Source: Thalia democratica
Taxonomy: Eukaryota
Length of the DNA: 64,000 bases
Assembly (NCBI GenBank): GCA_965202585.1
Contig: OZ241829.1
Location: forward strand, 68,882,001 to 68,946,000
Reading direction: 5' to 3'
The translations under genes and the position numbers were made by a program. Positions 46,389-61,139 of the stretch are shown in pieces (position 1 is the stretch's first letter; the number at the start of each line of letters is the position of its first letter). Under the pieces are notes generated by a model. The model was not told where the DNA came from. It saw nothing but the letters and a program-made list of their open reading frames with translations, and did no database searches.

Positions 46389-47172
46389 GAAGTCACAACT
46401 TCTGATGTATTTGTGGTACTGTGCATTTTGTTAACAAAGTTTTCAGAACTGTTGTATGACTTTATTTGTTTTGTTGATGAAAGTTGTATTTTGTTCTAAT
46501 TGAGAGCTTAAAAGAACTGTTAAATTTATATGTCTAACGTTGTTTGTTTTGCAAAACATTTGTGCGTTTTCTGTCGTACCGACAACAAACATAATAAAAA
46601 CTAGTAAAGTTAATGTAGCTTTAGATTTTTGCTTTAAATTTCTATGTTAATTTGTAATGAATAATTTAAATTTAAAAAGTTATGGACGTTTACAAACTGA
46701 CACTAAATTTATCTATATTATATACCCAACACATATCACTTTAAATTTTGGTTTTCTAATTAGTAAGCACCAAAATATAGCTTTTAACTTACGATAGTGT
46801 TCTATACTTACCATAGTTTAACCAAGAAACAGTTAGGAAAAATAATATGTATATAAAATAAGCTGTAACATAAAGTTGTTGTTAATTTGAAAAATGTATA
46901 AGCTACATATCTGTGTTTAAGTTATTAAGCTTTACCATTAATTCAAAGCAACGCCAGTTTAAGTTAGATCACTAGTTCTCCATAACAGCTATGATATTTA
47001 TTATTTTTAAAAACCGTGAGTTGCTAAAATCTTTTATTAAAAAACTCGTTTTTTCTTAATTGCAATAAACCTTTAAGTGTATATTAACTCTTTAAAGTTT
47101 AAATAACTTATAATAAATTGATAAGATGACACTATAATAATCACCGTAGAACAAACAAACAAAATAAATAAA

Positions 47173-48258
47173 ATGATGAAAAAAAGCTGCTTTGCAACGC
47201 TGGGAGCTTACCTGCTCAGCAAAAAGATGGACTGCAACTTATTTCCGCAAGGTGTCCTCGCTCGCTCAGATGTAAGCGCCGGAGACGGCAACTACCCTCC
47301 GCCCCTGGAACCGAACGATTTGAACATTAGGAAGCGCCCCTTCAATACAAGGCTCTACGGCGCGCCAACGGCGCAGGAGAACGAGCAAATAACGGCCTTG
47401 AACAACAACCCTTTCACAGAAAACGACCGCCAGGATGAACATCTGCTCGAAAGCAACTGGGACGGACTGGAAGGCTTCCAAACCGAGCACGCCCATGGAA
47501 GGTCGATGAAACTGCACCTGCACTTTTACGCAAAGGAAGATGCCGAAAACAACACTAGGAGGTTTGATCAAACGAATGCCAGGCAGAGAATAATAAGGGG
47601 TCCCCTTAACACGCTGAAAAACTACGGCGACATCTTTGCGCGCTACAGGTTTCCGGTGAGCCGGTTGGACCCGCCGCATTCTGACGTCACAGTGCCGCGA
47701 GGCCACGACGTCATAGCGGAATTTTGGGAGATGGAGCACGCCTTCCGCAAAGTTTGCCATAGGTTCATCTTAAACGGACAATTTGAGTGGCGGAAAGTTC
47801 GTGAAGAAAATGGGAAGAAAAAAACAAAAGGTCCGGAGACAGTTGAACATTGGCATAACATGCCCAAGAACCTGATCGCCTATTTCGTGCAGCGGGTGTT
47901 GCAGTTCCCGCCGGAAACATTCGGCAGGTTCAGGATCAGCGACGGCTCCCACACGCACTTTTACATCGACTACAACGGAAGACCGAATTTTTCGGTCATT
48001 GGAGAGACGAGCCATCTGCATAAAGAGTACGAAAGAGGCCGTCGTGATTTCGATCGTGGATCGGGCGATATTGGTTTGGACGTTCCCGCCGCTAAAGAAG
48101 AAGATCTTTATGCAGGAGACTCTCCTCAAATCGGGTCTGAAAAAAATTGTGAATATGAAGAAGGTGATTGGGAAGATGAAGACGCTGATGATGATGAAAA
48201 CTGTACGAATGATAGAGACGTTGGTGAAACAAGAAATCGTCAGTTTTCTCTGTTTTAA
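47173..48258 (+). CDS. Paralogue C, unit 3 (361 aa)
   Basis: Intact ORF with a few substitutions relative to units 1/2. Confidence 0.88.
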   Translation: MMKKSCFATLGAYLLSKKMDCNLFPQGVLARSDVSAGDGNYPPPLEPNDLNIRKRPFNTRLYGAPTAQENEQITALNNNPFTENDRQDEHLLESNWDGLEGFQTEHAHGRSMKLHLHFYAKEDAENNTRRFDQTNARQRIIRGPLNTLKNYGDIFARYRFPVSRLDPPHSDVTVPRGHDVIAEFWEMEHAFRKVCHRFILNGQFEWRKVREENGKKKTKGPETVEHWHNMPKNLIAYFVQRVLQFPPETFGRFRISDGSHTHFYIDYNGRPNFSVIGETSHLHKEYERGRRDFDRGSGDIGLDVPAAKEEDLYAGDSPQIGSEKNCEYEEGDWEDEDADDDENCTNDRDVGETRNRQFSLF

Positions 48259-49546
48259 GAAGTAACAACTTCTGATGTATTCATGTAACTGAACTTTTTG
48301 TTTACAAAGTTTTCAGAACTGTTTGTATGACTTTATTTGTTTTTTTGATAAGAGTGCTATTTTGTTTTGCTTAAGTGAAATGTTAGATTAATATGTCTAA
48401 CATTGTTGGTTTTACAAAACGTTTGTGTTTATTGTTTTCTGTTACACAGACAACAAAACATGTTTAATGTAGCTTTAGATTTTTGCTTTAAATTTAAGTA
48501 TAATTGTAATAAAAAATTTAAATTTTAAAAGTTAAGGACATTTACGAACTTTAGCACTATATTTCTTTTATATACTAAACATATACCGTTTCAAATCTTG
48601 GTTTTCTAATTAGTAAGCATTAAAATAAACCTTGTAACTTACGATATATTTTAATACTTTTTAGAATTTAACCAAAAAACTGCTTTGAAAAATAAATTGT
48701 ATATAAAACAAGCTCTAACATAAAATTGTTGTTATTTAAAAAAAGTTTTGTGCTACCGATCGGTGTTTAAGTTATTAAGCTTACAATTAACTTACAACAA
48801 AGCCAGTTTAAGTTAGAATATCAATTCATGATAACAAATATTAAAATAATGATTTTCAAAACTGTTTGTACTTTGCTAAAACATTTAATTAAAAAAAGGT
48901 TTTTTCTTAATTTAAACAAACCTTTAAATCTATAATAACTCTGTTAAGTTTAGATAAATTATAAAAAAAAAATGTTATGATTACACTATAACAATGACCA
49001 CAAAAACTTTCGTTTGTTTCCAAAGTTAAAACTTTCAACAACTTATATTTGTTCTGATCTAAAAAGCTTTTACTTTGATAAGTTTTTTTCGTTTGAACAA
49101 ATAATTCCTCTTTGATTACTTATTGTTATTTAAACATACAACCTTAAGTTTAAAACAAAAAAGGAAAAATTTACAACAAAAGTACAAACACAGTTTTATT
49201 GAACGCTTGTCAGAAAACATTAAAGAGTAAAAATATAAAATTAAAGCAACAACTCAATCATACTTCTAAATAAGTAATCGTAATTTAATTAAAAATAGCA
49301 TTGTCGTGCACCATAGCTTAGTTTGAATTCATAAAAAAATATGAATTAAATATCAAAAGGTAGAGTTTGTATAAAATCTCTAAATCAACAACTAGAAAGG
49401 TTGTTTTTTTTATTTTTTGTTTCTTAGCTAAAACCTTAGCTTAAAGGATAGTTTGAATTAAATTTGTAATCATAAGACTATTCTCAGAAGGTAAAGTTTG
49501 GATATAAGTTTTTTAACTAATTAGATATATAACTTTTTCCTTCTTC

Positions 49547-49977
49547 TTAGCTACAACAGGGTTTTCCGGCCATCATATTTTCAGCAAAATACACCGGGAG
49601 CTTTATTACTGCAAAAAAAAAGTATATATATACTTTATAAGCGTATAAGAAAATTACGCTAAGTTAACAAAACATTTAATTAAACATTATAAGTAATTAC
49701 AATTATTAAAATAAGAAATCATAGATGCTCAGTAAGTCATGTTTAAATAAGTCAGTATATATTGAGTCAATTTTATATTAACAAAACAAACGGCATATAA
49801 ATTTAATTCAACAACAAAACCTCTCTCTTGCATCTGGGACCACTTGGCGCAGCACTCAATGAACACGGTGAACGGCAGGACTATTATGTAGACCGTGGAC
49901 ACGAACGCCGCCAGTGGCCAGCCAATTACCAGAAGGCCCAACAACCACAACACTGACCACCCGTTCAAGTTTTCCAT
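49547..49977 (-). CDS. Small membrane protein gene, unit 3 (exon1 49821-49977, exon2 49547-49608)
   Basis: Both splice sites and the frame are conserved while the intron is shorter (212 versus 331 nt); stop is TAA instead of TAG; A2E and N>K substitutions. Confidence 0.83.
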
Positions 49978-52900
49978 TGTTACGTCACAGTTATTAAAAC
50001 TTATAATGAAAAATATTTCGTTTCTGAAATAACGTACATCTTTAATTTTTTTAGTATATAAACATCTTTTGTTTTCATCAATAACGTTACTATAATTTAT
50101 AATTTATGACAGTTTTATTACGTTTAAAATTATATAATGGTTTTAATTTATTTTTAGTGTTGGTTTGAAAATGTTTATAAGTGAGATAAAAATTAAATTG
50201 GTGATAAACGTTGCTGGGGCTAAAAATTAAAATCTGTTTTACGTTTAAAAAATATAGTAAATTCATGACTACGACTATGTTTAATTAAACTACAATTTCA
50301 TTACTTGTTACACAAAAGTTAGGTTTGAGTACAAAATATAATAACGCTTGCTGAATAGCCAAAAAAAAATATCAAACTGTTGTACGTTCATAAAAAAGAG
50401 CTATAAAAGAACAAAAAATTAATTAAAACAAAAGTGTAATTGATAATAGTCATGTAGGTTCAATCCTCTAAGCACACAAAAACTGAATGCTATAATAGCT
50501 GATGCTAAACAGTTTAACATTTTACCACATAAAACTGTTCAGTTATGTCGTATCAATGCTTTATATACAATTTCCTAAGTTGTTTTTTGTTTTGAAATTA
50601 ATTATTTTTATATAATAAACACGAAGAAAGTTAAATATAAATTATATGCAAAAAAAACTAAAAAAATAACCGAATGTTACGCTTGTTGAACACAAAATTA
50701 AGTGACAATAATAATAATTTAGACCTTACGTCTCTAAACAAACAAATAATGTTGACAAAATTTAACTGTGAAAAATTACTTATTAGTAATATATCAGGTT
50801 TTGAATACTATCAGTTTAATAAGTAAGTTTGTGACACAAAGCTTAATAAATTAACAATTTTTCCAAGTAAAAAGAAAGCATTTTAACTCTAATTAATCAA
50901 TAAGTATACATTGAGTTATTTCATTTTAAGTTATTACGCTTTTAAGCTGATAAATGCATTTGAACAAAAAAAGTTTTTATACTTACTTCTATACCTAAGT
51001 AAATAAACTTAAGTGTTAAAAAAATGATGAAGTCTTAGCTTACAATGATCAAAATACTAGTACAGTAAAAATTTAGAATCTATGGAAAGTGAGTAAAATA
51101 AGCTGTACAAGTATTTATTTACTATAACCAATAGAATATAATTGCAAAGAACTCTGATCATTTGAGGAATTACGGTTGTTAACCTATTTTTTGCAAGTTA
51201 GTATTAAATTTATATGCACAATATTTACATAAAATAACGTTACTTTAACTCATAAACTTGTAAACAATTATACTAGTCTCTCCCTTGAGTATGAAAACAG
51301 CTTGCCAAAATACAAATTTTCCACTTATAAAATTTTCAAAGTTGTCAAGCAATGTTGGATTGTTACGTCACTATTCAACTACTTTTAAAAGACTACTTTT
51401 GATAACATTTACTTAAATAGAAAATTTTATTAAGTAGGAATATAGGTAAGTGAATAAAAACTCTTTAAACAAGTTTAAAAAGTTTTGTTTCAACCTATAA
51501 CTTATATTTAATTAAATTTCTAATAAATCACAATTAATGACCAAATTGCTTGTTGTTCAAAAAAAAAACTAAACTTGCCATTAAAAATAGTTATAATAAC
51601 CTGTAAATAATTAGATACATTTAAATTTAGTTTCTATCATTTATAAGTAATTGGGCATAACATTATTTTGATTTTTGTTACCACAAAATAAGCTTAAAGT
51701 TTAAATTAAAAACAAGTTAGTAAAAACTACAAACAAGTTAATTTTGCTGAAACTAAAACTATATAATATACTATTATAAGTAATTTTGTAAGCATAATTT
51801 CTTTAAAAGTAAGTTATAAAGAATAAGAAGTTGATTTATTCTTTAAGATTAACTTTTTGTAATAAATTATATAATTTAAATTAGAAATGCTTGTATAGTT
51901 TTTTTTATATCTTTCTTTCAAAATATGTGGTACATACCAAACACTACATCCTGTCTGAGTTCTTTAAAGCTTCTAGCTATTTATTATGTTATCTTTTATT
52001 ATATCACAAAGTTTTTTTGTTAAACACTGTTGTGCTTAAATTTTTTGTTTTCAATCACTTAAAGTCACCCATGTTTTGCCCCTGTGAGCTGTTAAAGTTG
52101 TCCAATAATGCCAACTTGTCATATAATGGTCAACACTATCTTCCCTAATCTTTTAAAAACTGTTAAAAATTTATTGTGACAAAGCAAAATATAAGTTGTT
52201 CATTGAAAAAAAAAAAAATTTTAATACCACAAGTGAAAACAATTAAAAACAAATAGCTAATAATTGAAAAAAAAAAAGAATTTTTTTAAAAAAATTCAAT
52301 TGAGATGCTATATTACTTCACTCATAGCTAATTTACCAAAAATATCATGTTACATATGTTGATAACTGTATAAAAAGTTAGTAATCAAAAAATTAAAAAT
52401 TTTTGCACAACAGTGTTCAAAAGTATCTAAAATCATAAAGAACAAATGTAGCGTTGTAACAATAAATAGCTAGAAGCTCTAAAGAATTAAGGTAGGATGT
52501 CTAGTGTAATTTTTTATAATAAAATGTTTCACCCTGTAAGAGATTTTCAGTTATATCTCAATTCTTATTCAATTAAAATTTAAGTTTTTTCATTTTCTAA
52601 ACCACTTGTACTCTATTATGTTTACTAAAATGTATAGGATAAAGCTAAGTATTATTAAAATTTCAGAACATAGTAGGCAGAAGCTTTGAACTCTAGATGA
52701 ATTAGCAAGATAGTAGTTTGATAAAAAGCTTTTTATGTACTATTTTCATCTTAGTAAATAAAATCTTTGTCATACTGTATTGTAAATAAGTAACACATTA
52801 ATTTATAAGTGATATATACTTTTAAGTTCTTAAATGGTTACATAATAAAACACTATAGTAGTTTGCATAGAATTAGACCTATATGTTAGAAGAAATTGAG

Positions 52901-55900
52901 TGTTAAAATATATATAACATTTCAATTGTTACAAAATTTTGTTATAAACAATGATGAAATTACAATATAGTATTTAACATATATTCCTATAAAATATTTT
53001 ATCATTTTAAATTCAATATATGTGTAGTTTTACTTTGAAATTATCTAATAATGTTTTGACAGTCTGATATTTTTTGATCATATAACTGTTATTATATTTG
53101 TTTGATAACTTAATTTCAAAAAAATATACTTTAATGCCACTTTACTTTGTTATTTTTATTATTAAGTAGCTTGAAGTGGTGCTTATTTTATATATAGTAG
53201 AATAGAACAAAAGAAAATTAATGATTACTAAGGTATTGTCAGTTTTATAAAATTTTTGTAATACAGATTTATAGAGAACAACTTGTCTTGACTAAATTTT
53301 TTGAACTTAAAAAAATCTCTTGCATCTAAGGTTTTTTATTCTAGAGAATTAAAGTTTTAAAGATATGTTCCTTGCATGATTAACAGTTTGATGAATAAAA
53401 AGTAAGCAATTCACAATTAAGTTTTAAATTATTGATTTTTTTCAAAAGACTAAAATTTTTTAAAGGTAAAAACATTTCCTAAATAAGATTTTTCCATGAT
53501 AAATACAGATTAGACTGCGAAGGTTTCATAATGAATATGTAAAAAGCTGTAAAAGGAAACATATATCAAAGTACTCAGTATTTTTAGCATTTTTAAGCAT
53601 GGCCTTCCAGAAGACACCTATTGAACTTCTCAAAATTAAGCTCATATTTTTCAAAAGTTACTTTGAATCTTAGGATGCAATAAAAGCAACTAGCAGCTAG
53701 TTTTTAAACTAAGACCAATTTTAAACAAAACTGTCAATTCCCCACCCATGGCCTTTGACAATGAATGTGTAAAATATAAAAACAAATCCTATTTAATAAC
53801 AATGAAGTTAAAGTAAATTTAATTTCCACAAACTATTTTTTAATGCTTTAGAAATAAACTTATTTTGTGTCACAACTAAAATAATTGAAGATATGGACCA
53901 CCATGACTTTTTTCTTTTAAAGGTTATGACTTGATAAAAACAAGTAAGGTTTGAATTTAAAAAATAAAATTAATTAGAAATATATTCTTATATGTGTACT
54001 GAATTTAATTAAGATCAGTAGTAACTATTAGTTAATTTAATAAATTATAAGTTAAAGTTAAATTATGTTTTACTTTCACCAAACTTAGCTTGTAAATAAT
54101 AAAAGGGAAGCCACCTAAAATAGTTAAGTTTTACATATCAGGGATTAAAGCTTATAGTTTAACTCGAAACAATATTTTGAATAAAACTTTAAACTAAAGT
54201 TTTAGAAATATTTTTTTCTAAAATATATATAAAACTCGAGCATCATTAACAAATTTAAAAAACTGCACATAAATGCGATTTTAAAAAATTAAAGTGTTGC
54301 GCTTTTTAGCATATAGTTTTTTTAACTTAAATACTTATAAGAACAAAAAAGATTTTGTAACACACCGTAAAACTTAACTAAAAAAAATTGTAAATTTTTG
54401 TTTAATATTTATTTAGAATAAAAAAAACTTTTGGTTTTATGGCAATTCAAATTCCGACAACAATTCAAATTAACAAAAAGAAAAACTTAATTAAATGCCA
54501 GAACTCAAAAAACAATAAATATTTTGAAAGATTTTAAATGTGTAAGTAGGTTTAATTGATATGTACAAAAAATTTATTTGTTTTTACTTTTATATAGAAT
54601 GAGGAAAAAGTAAAATGTTGTGAAGTTCAAGACTTTTGTTTTTACATATTGCAGCCTTCGAGCATTTTCGTAGTAAGATTTTTTTTACTTATAAAGGATT
54701 GCCGACACCTGCCTAATTTTTAGTTTAGTAATGCTCAACTGGATGATATAAACTAAACAGTTTGGTGCATTAATGAATTAATTATTCTAACTTTCATTGT
54801 TTGCTTTTTTTTCAATTTTATTAAATATTGATTGCTGGAGTTTTTTCCAACAATGGCACTCAAAAAACATCAACTGACATATAAATTATTTTGAAATCTT
54901 ACGACTGTAACATATAAAGATAAAAAGACAAAATATTATAAAACTATATATAACTTTAAACTTTATAGTTATACACGTTTTGCATAATAAGTTAGTTTTA
55001 GTTTAAATAAAATCACTACAACGTTTAAAAGTTGTTAGCCTTTTCATTTAATAATTGATTATTTCAAACATTACATTTATGTTATGGTTTTTACCAAAAT
55101 TAAACTAAACTACGGTAAATAAATACAGTCATTTAACAGTTTTAGGAATAAAACAGCAAGTTTTATTTTATCTTTTATAATTTTTCTTTTTTAACAATGT
55201 GAAAAAACAATCACTTAAGTTTAAACAGAACTTTTTACTGATAATGATTAGTTTATTTTTATCAAAAAATAATTGCTTAGTTCAATTTGAATTAATCTCT
55301 GTTGTAATTTTAATCTTAATTTTTAGTACATTTTCTTATGCTTGATTATGGAGTTTCTCATAACTCGTTTAGCTTGATGTTTAAACTGAATATATAAAGT
55401 TTACAAGGTTACTAGCGCACGTAAAGTAAAATACTTATTACTATTATTTTTATTACTATTATATTACTAAAATATTTTAAGTTTAAAACTTTTAGTCAGT
55501 TTATTTAATAAGCTTTAAGAAAAGTTTTATACAAACTAAAATTGTTTATAAAGTTAAGTATTATCAAAAGAGATTTCAGTTCTGATTGAGACTTTGTAAA
55601 ATAATAATTTATTATAAGTTACTAGTATGGTAATTTAGGTTACCAAAAAAAAAAACTGGCAACAAGTAAGTCCAACCCGAGTCCCCGGATTTGAACAATG
55701 ATTATTAAACCATGATACTATTGTTTTAGACGTAAAATTTCATACCTATTATTAAACTTTAGAGTAAACAAAGTAAACTAAAATGTGCCCTTGAAGGGTG
55801 CTAAAAGACCGTGAAACACAGTCATCAATCGCAGAGGTATACAAGAGTTTTAATTAAAGGTTTTAATTTAAATTTATATATTACAATTTTTTTTCTTTTT

Positions 55901-58900
55901 TTGATTATAAATGTATAAAGTTTTAATTTTTAGTTTATTAACACAAGGATTACTTTTCATCTAAAATAAGCTAAAAAAGAAGATACAACTGCTTATTTTA
56001 CATAAAACCTTAGCGCAAACATTGATATTTGAAAGAGTTCCCATTTAAAAGCTACATAAGCAGCTCAAATGTACTTTTTAATGGCGATTTTGATTTTGTT
56101 TAAAACAAACAGTAAAAAAATACTTTTGTAAAATACTGAATATCAAAAGTTTGTTTATGCATTTATTAAGTTTTAATTTTTTTTTATTTAGCAAAGTTTG
56201 GATTTATCAAGCTTCAATTAACTTTCATTAAAAGTAGGTGTAAATTTTACTACTTTTTGTAATAAAATGCTTATAAACATGAGTGATTTTATAAATATTC
56301 ACATTGAGTTACTAATTTAAAAGTACTTTTGAAATATCTTAAAGTAGATAAGAGTAATGTTGTCATCTGCATGTTTCTAGACATTTTAAACTAATCCTTC
56401 TTTTAAAGTAGAAACTAATAGTACAGAAACTTAAAGTGTAAATTTTACAGCGAAAAAACTAAAGATGGATGACTAGTATTGTTTTTTGCTTAACACTCTT
56501 ATATCTCTTTATAAGTTACTGATAAAAAGCGCAAACTAGTTTAAAGAATCTATTTTGATAAAGACCGAAGATAGTACTAATAAATAATAATGATCTAGTA
56601 GGTATATTTTAATATAATTAAAATAGTATTTTAGTTCTGATTGAAACTTTGTGACAGCGTAAATTTTATAAATTACTTGTATAGTATATCAAGTTAAATA
56701 AAATTGAGCAACAAGTGACCCAAATCGCTAGCTTTCAACGCACAGACTTCAACCGCTACACTACCGTTCCAAGGCCACATCTACTAAATTTTAAATATAA
56801 ACTCAACCTTGTATTATGTTCAAAACTTATTTGTTTTTTACTTTGCAATAATATACAAATGGACTATTGTTTGAACTGTTTTATAAGTGATTATAAGTTC
56901 ATTAACATGTTTAAAAAGTTTCTGCTAGTTTGAAGTTTAAAACTTATACAGCTTTTATACTGCATGAAAACACATTAACTAAAGTTTTACTTTTGTAAAG
57001 TTTCAAAATAGTTTTAACTCTTTATATATTTTAGTCATTATGTTGCATAATAACTGAATTTAAGAGTAAACACAAATAACAAAAATGTGACCAATATGGG
57101 AATCGAACCTAGTACTAAAAGTGTGATGACGCAACTTCCTACCTACTAGACGCTACAAAGACTTTCAATATTGATGGTTAATTTAATTATATATCTTATA
57201 CTGTTTATCTTTTTTGCTTATTTTTATATTATATTTTTTACTTTAAATAGTAATAAAGTATCTTCCTAAAGCGGACATGCTTCGCAAAACTTCAAAAAGT
57301 TTTATTGTTAAGTACGGCAAAAGACAACGACGATGTTCAAATGTCAATCTTAGTAGGTTTGCCTCTTTAATAAAATAGTACTTTTGTGACTAAAAATGGA
57401 CAAAGTTGTATGGTTAATACTATATATTATGTGATAATCATCTAATAAGTATTGTTCAACTAATCAACGTAAAAATTAAGTTTAACAAGGAGGAGAAAAA
57501 AAGAGGGAACCACTAAGAATCGAACCCACTATGTCTGCAGTTCCAACCTGACGCTTTACCGACAGAGCCATTTAAGTTCTTGTAAATGCTACTGATTTTG
57601 ACTTTATATATATACTTGATTATATCAATTTAAATGTTTGAAAAATATATTGTAGAAATAGCAAATTTATTTCGTTAAATGATTCTAAATAAGCACAGGC
57701 CAGTTTTAATACTTTGGATATAAAACTTTCTTTTATAAGTTAGCTTTGTATAAAACTAAATAAACTACAACTGTCTAAAATTAATTAAGCTGTGTTTAAT
57801 GTGTTGCTTTAACCTTAAATTTTTATTCTAATTATAATCAGAAAAACAACTTTTCAAAATTTCTTCTTAACTTGAAGAATACTAATTTTCGTAGTTATTT
57901 TCTCAACTCAGCAATATACTACTGACTAGTTTACTGTTCAGCTCTTCTTAAGTAAGGAAATACTACTTATTTATAACTTCATTAAAGCATACAAATACCA
58001 CATGAAAAATATTAAATGCAAAAGGAAGGTTAATTCCTTATCTTGCTTTGGTTTAATTCGTTCGAGTCTTAAATAACTTTTTAAATGTATTTGAAAGCTG
58101 CAACGAAATCTAAAATAATGTGAACTAATTGATATAATGACTTTTTAGGTTGCTAGTGTCAGTGAAACTTAGCAATACTACAAAAATATAAAACAGATAG
58201 CTTTTAGTAATATCGTTTAATTGACAATTTTTGACCTTTTATCAAACAAGTATGTTGAACAAACGGTTTATAGGCTAAACGTAAACTAGACGAAACTATC
58301 AGTAAGTCAATAAGTTCATATAAATATCACACATATTTTTTTACACGAAAAATACTACAATTGCTTTTATATCTTAGAAATTACATGCTTTCAATGTTAT
58401 TTATCAAACATCTATTTTAGTTATTAAGTAAGATAATTAAAAACTAAATTTTGCTTATACTCTACTTTCAAGTAATAAATAGTAAAAACCATTTAATTTA
58501 AACTTAATTAAAAACAAATGTTATGAAATTCTTAGGTTTTTTAAGCTCAAACTAAACAAAAAATATGCAGAATTTATCTGCATTTTGGTTGAGTACACGT
58601 TTTATATTTATTTTATTACTTATTTTGTATTAAAACTCAAAACGAAATTTCTTGAGACCTAACTTTTATTACATGCGGTATATCAAGTAAAATATGTTTA
58701 AAACCGTTTACCTCAAGTTAATATACGAAATGTTGAGGTTTTCAAAGCTCTATCTTGAAGAAAAAAAATATCTACGTCCTGCATGATTAGGCATAAAATT
58801 AAGAATAAAAATTTTCAACCGCTAGGTGGCGCCACCGAGTCGAAGACTTCTCCAGAGATTGCACCATGGCCGTTCTAAAAATATTTAAAATTAAAAAAAT

Positions 58901-59209
58901 TTACTTGTTTTTTCGCCACTTGGTGTCTCTGCGACCATACCATCCCTATCCTCCACCCACCGACCCCTTACATTTAGCCTTCACTCATACTGAGCGAAAT
59001 TTTCTTTTTCACTAAAAATAACTATGTACGTAATATACCCTTCCAAATGCGTTTTTTACTTTCAACTAAATTTTCTAATTTTTTGTTACTATGCAAACTA
59101 TATAAGTAAAAAAACAAAATATTTTGTTATTGTACAATAGTATATGTATTATTGATTTTATCATCCAGATAAAACAACTTTGTTAAACTAAGACTTTTTT
59201 ATTGTTATT

Positions 59210-59332
59210 ATGTATTGTGAATATGAAGAAGGTGATTGGGATGAGCAAGATGAAGACGCTGATGAAGATGAAAACTGTACAAGTGATAGAGATGATGGTC
59301 AAATAAGAAATCGTCAGTTTTCTCTGTTTTAA
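59210..59332 (+). pseudogene. Solo acidic-tail copy, unit 4 (MYCEYEEGDWDEQDEDADEDENCTSDRDDGQIRNRQFSLF)
   Basis: ATG, frame and stop retained. Confidence 0.8.
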
Positions 59333-59462
59333 ACAGTAACAACTTCTGATTTATTTGTGAAACTAAACGTTGTTTACTAGGTTTAAAAAATAATTTTTTG
59401 TGACATTATCAGTTTTGTTAATTAGAGTTATTTAAGAATTTTGCATGTGTGAGATTTTATTT

Positions 59463-60222
59463 TAGTACGGTGCTTGTTTACTTATCAGGACATGTTGGGC
59501 AATATGTTTCTGTAAATATGTGCGGATAAGTAAAATAAATCTTTCATTCTTTCAAATTATATAACTGCTGTATGCTGTGCAATCCGTATTATGTAATAAA
59601 AGTTCAGCTCCTCCTTTTGTGCATTAAACTTCTCTTCTTTTTTCAAAATGTCGTACAAAGTTGACCTGCCTATGCTAAACAGCTCCATTATAAAAAACTT
59701 TGGCATCTTGCTTATTACCATTTTACAAGCTTCTAGTTTATTTTCAATGGTTAGTGCAACTAGTTTTCTTTTTTTGATGTCTTGTCCATTTCTAAGACCT
59801 ATTATATGAAGTGTTTCAAACTTATATAAATTTAAAATTAAAAAAAAATTTGTCACTTTTCGTAAACAAAAAGGGTTTGAATTAACAGCTTTCAAAATAT
59901 AGTTGGAATTAAAAACTAACAAAAAAGGTCTGTTATATATTTAATCTCTAAAAAAACTTAGAATTTAATCAACTACAAAAAAAACTTTAAAAGATTAAAT
60001 TAAAAACTTTAAGTCATATTTCAAACATCATTGATTTATATAAAATTTGAATGTAAGCTTTAGAAGGATGGTTACGTCATAATAATGAACTAAATTAAAG
60101 ACTTTATAAAATCACACAAATTTTCTTACAGCATGAAAGCTTAAATGTTTGTGTTTAATTTTTTTTTTTTGAATTTTCTTATTGACTGAAACTGTCCGGA
60201 TAAGTGAATAAGCACTGTACTG
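59463..60222 (-). mobile_element. Tigger/pogo-like remnant, unit 4
   Basis: ORF 59557-59922 (-) shows the HTH segment. The left TIR agtacggtgcttgtttacttatcaggaca has 4 mismatches in 29 nt to the inverted right TIR. Confidence 0.78.
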
Positions 60223-61139
60223 AAATTAACGTTTTTTTAACACCTTGTTCTTATTTACCAGGGTTTAAAAACAGATCGTATGAATTTTCAGCTTTGTTGG
60301 TACATTGATTTTTTGCTGTGTTTGTGTAACACCACAATTAAACATGTTTAATATTTTGTTAGTTGTACAGTAGTATATTTAAAATTTTCATCATCCAGGT
60401 CAAAAATTGTTTGGTAAACTCACTTTATTATTTATTTAATGTTTTGTTACAAGTTGTTAGATAAACAAAACACTAATATTTAATTTTCTTTTCTTTGTTT
60501 TTCAAAAAAATAGTTATATGTAAATGACTTTATACTCTTTTAACAGCTATATGTTTTTTAATGTAATAATTTTTAGCTATTTGCTATCGTATTGAATAAG
60601 TTTTATATATTATATATGTTAATCTATCAAACAACTCTCACTTATAACTTGTATTTAAAATTTTTCTATTTTAATAATTTACTCTTGCTGTTATTAGTAA
60701 ACATTTCTAATAAAAATCATAAAAATAATGTTAAGTTAATAAAAACAACAGTTTTAGAACAATATTTCTGCTTCAACTATTGTTTGAACAAGTAATGTTA
60801 ACAACTAACTTTACTTCTAAACAAAATATTTTTTTTTAGTCTACCTACTTTTTTCTCATAACTTTTTCGAACTTTATTGTCTGAAACTCATGATACTTTT
60901 ATGGTAAAATATTTTTACGTAGATGTTTATGTTAGTTGTAATAAGACTGCTAGTGCAAGTTATTGATATAAAAAAACAGTAGCACTCACGTTACTTTTAT
61001 TTTATTCATAACATGATGTTAAACATTAAGCTTTTCAAATATTCTTTTTAACACGTAAACACCAAAATAAATCTATTAACTTCCTTAATTGTTCATTATC
61101 TAACCAACAGATAAAAAAACAAACAAGGTAAATAAAATA

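Larger units (their letters stand above)
36296..54302. repeat. ~18 kb tandem repeat unit, copy 3
   Basis: Colinear with copies 1/2, with scattered substitutions and small indels; same gene content. Confidence 0.97.
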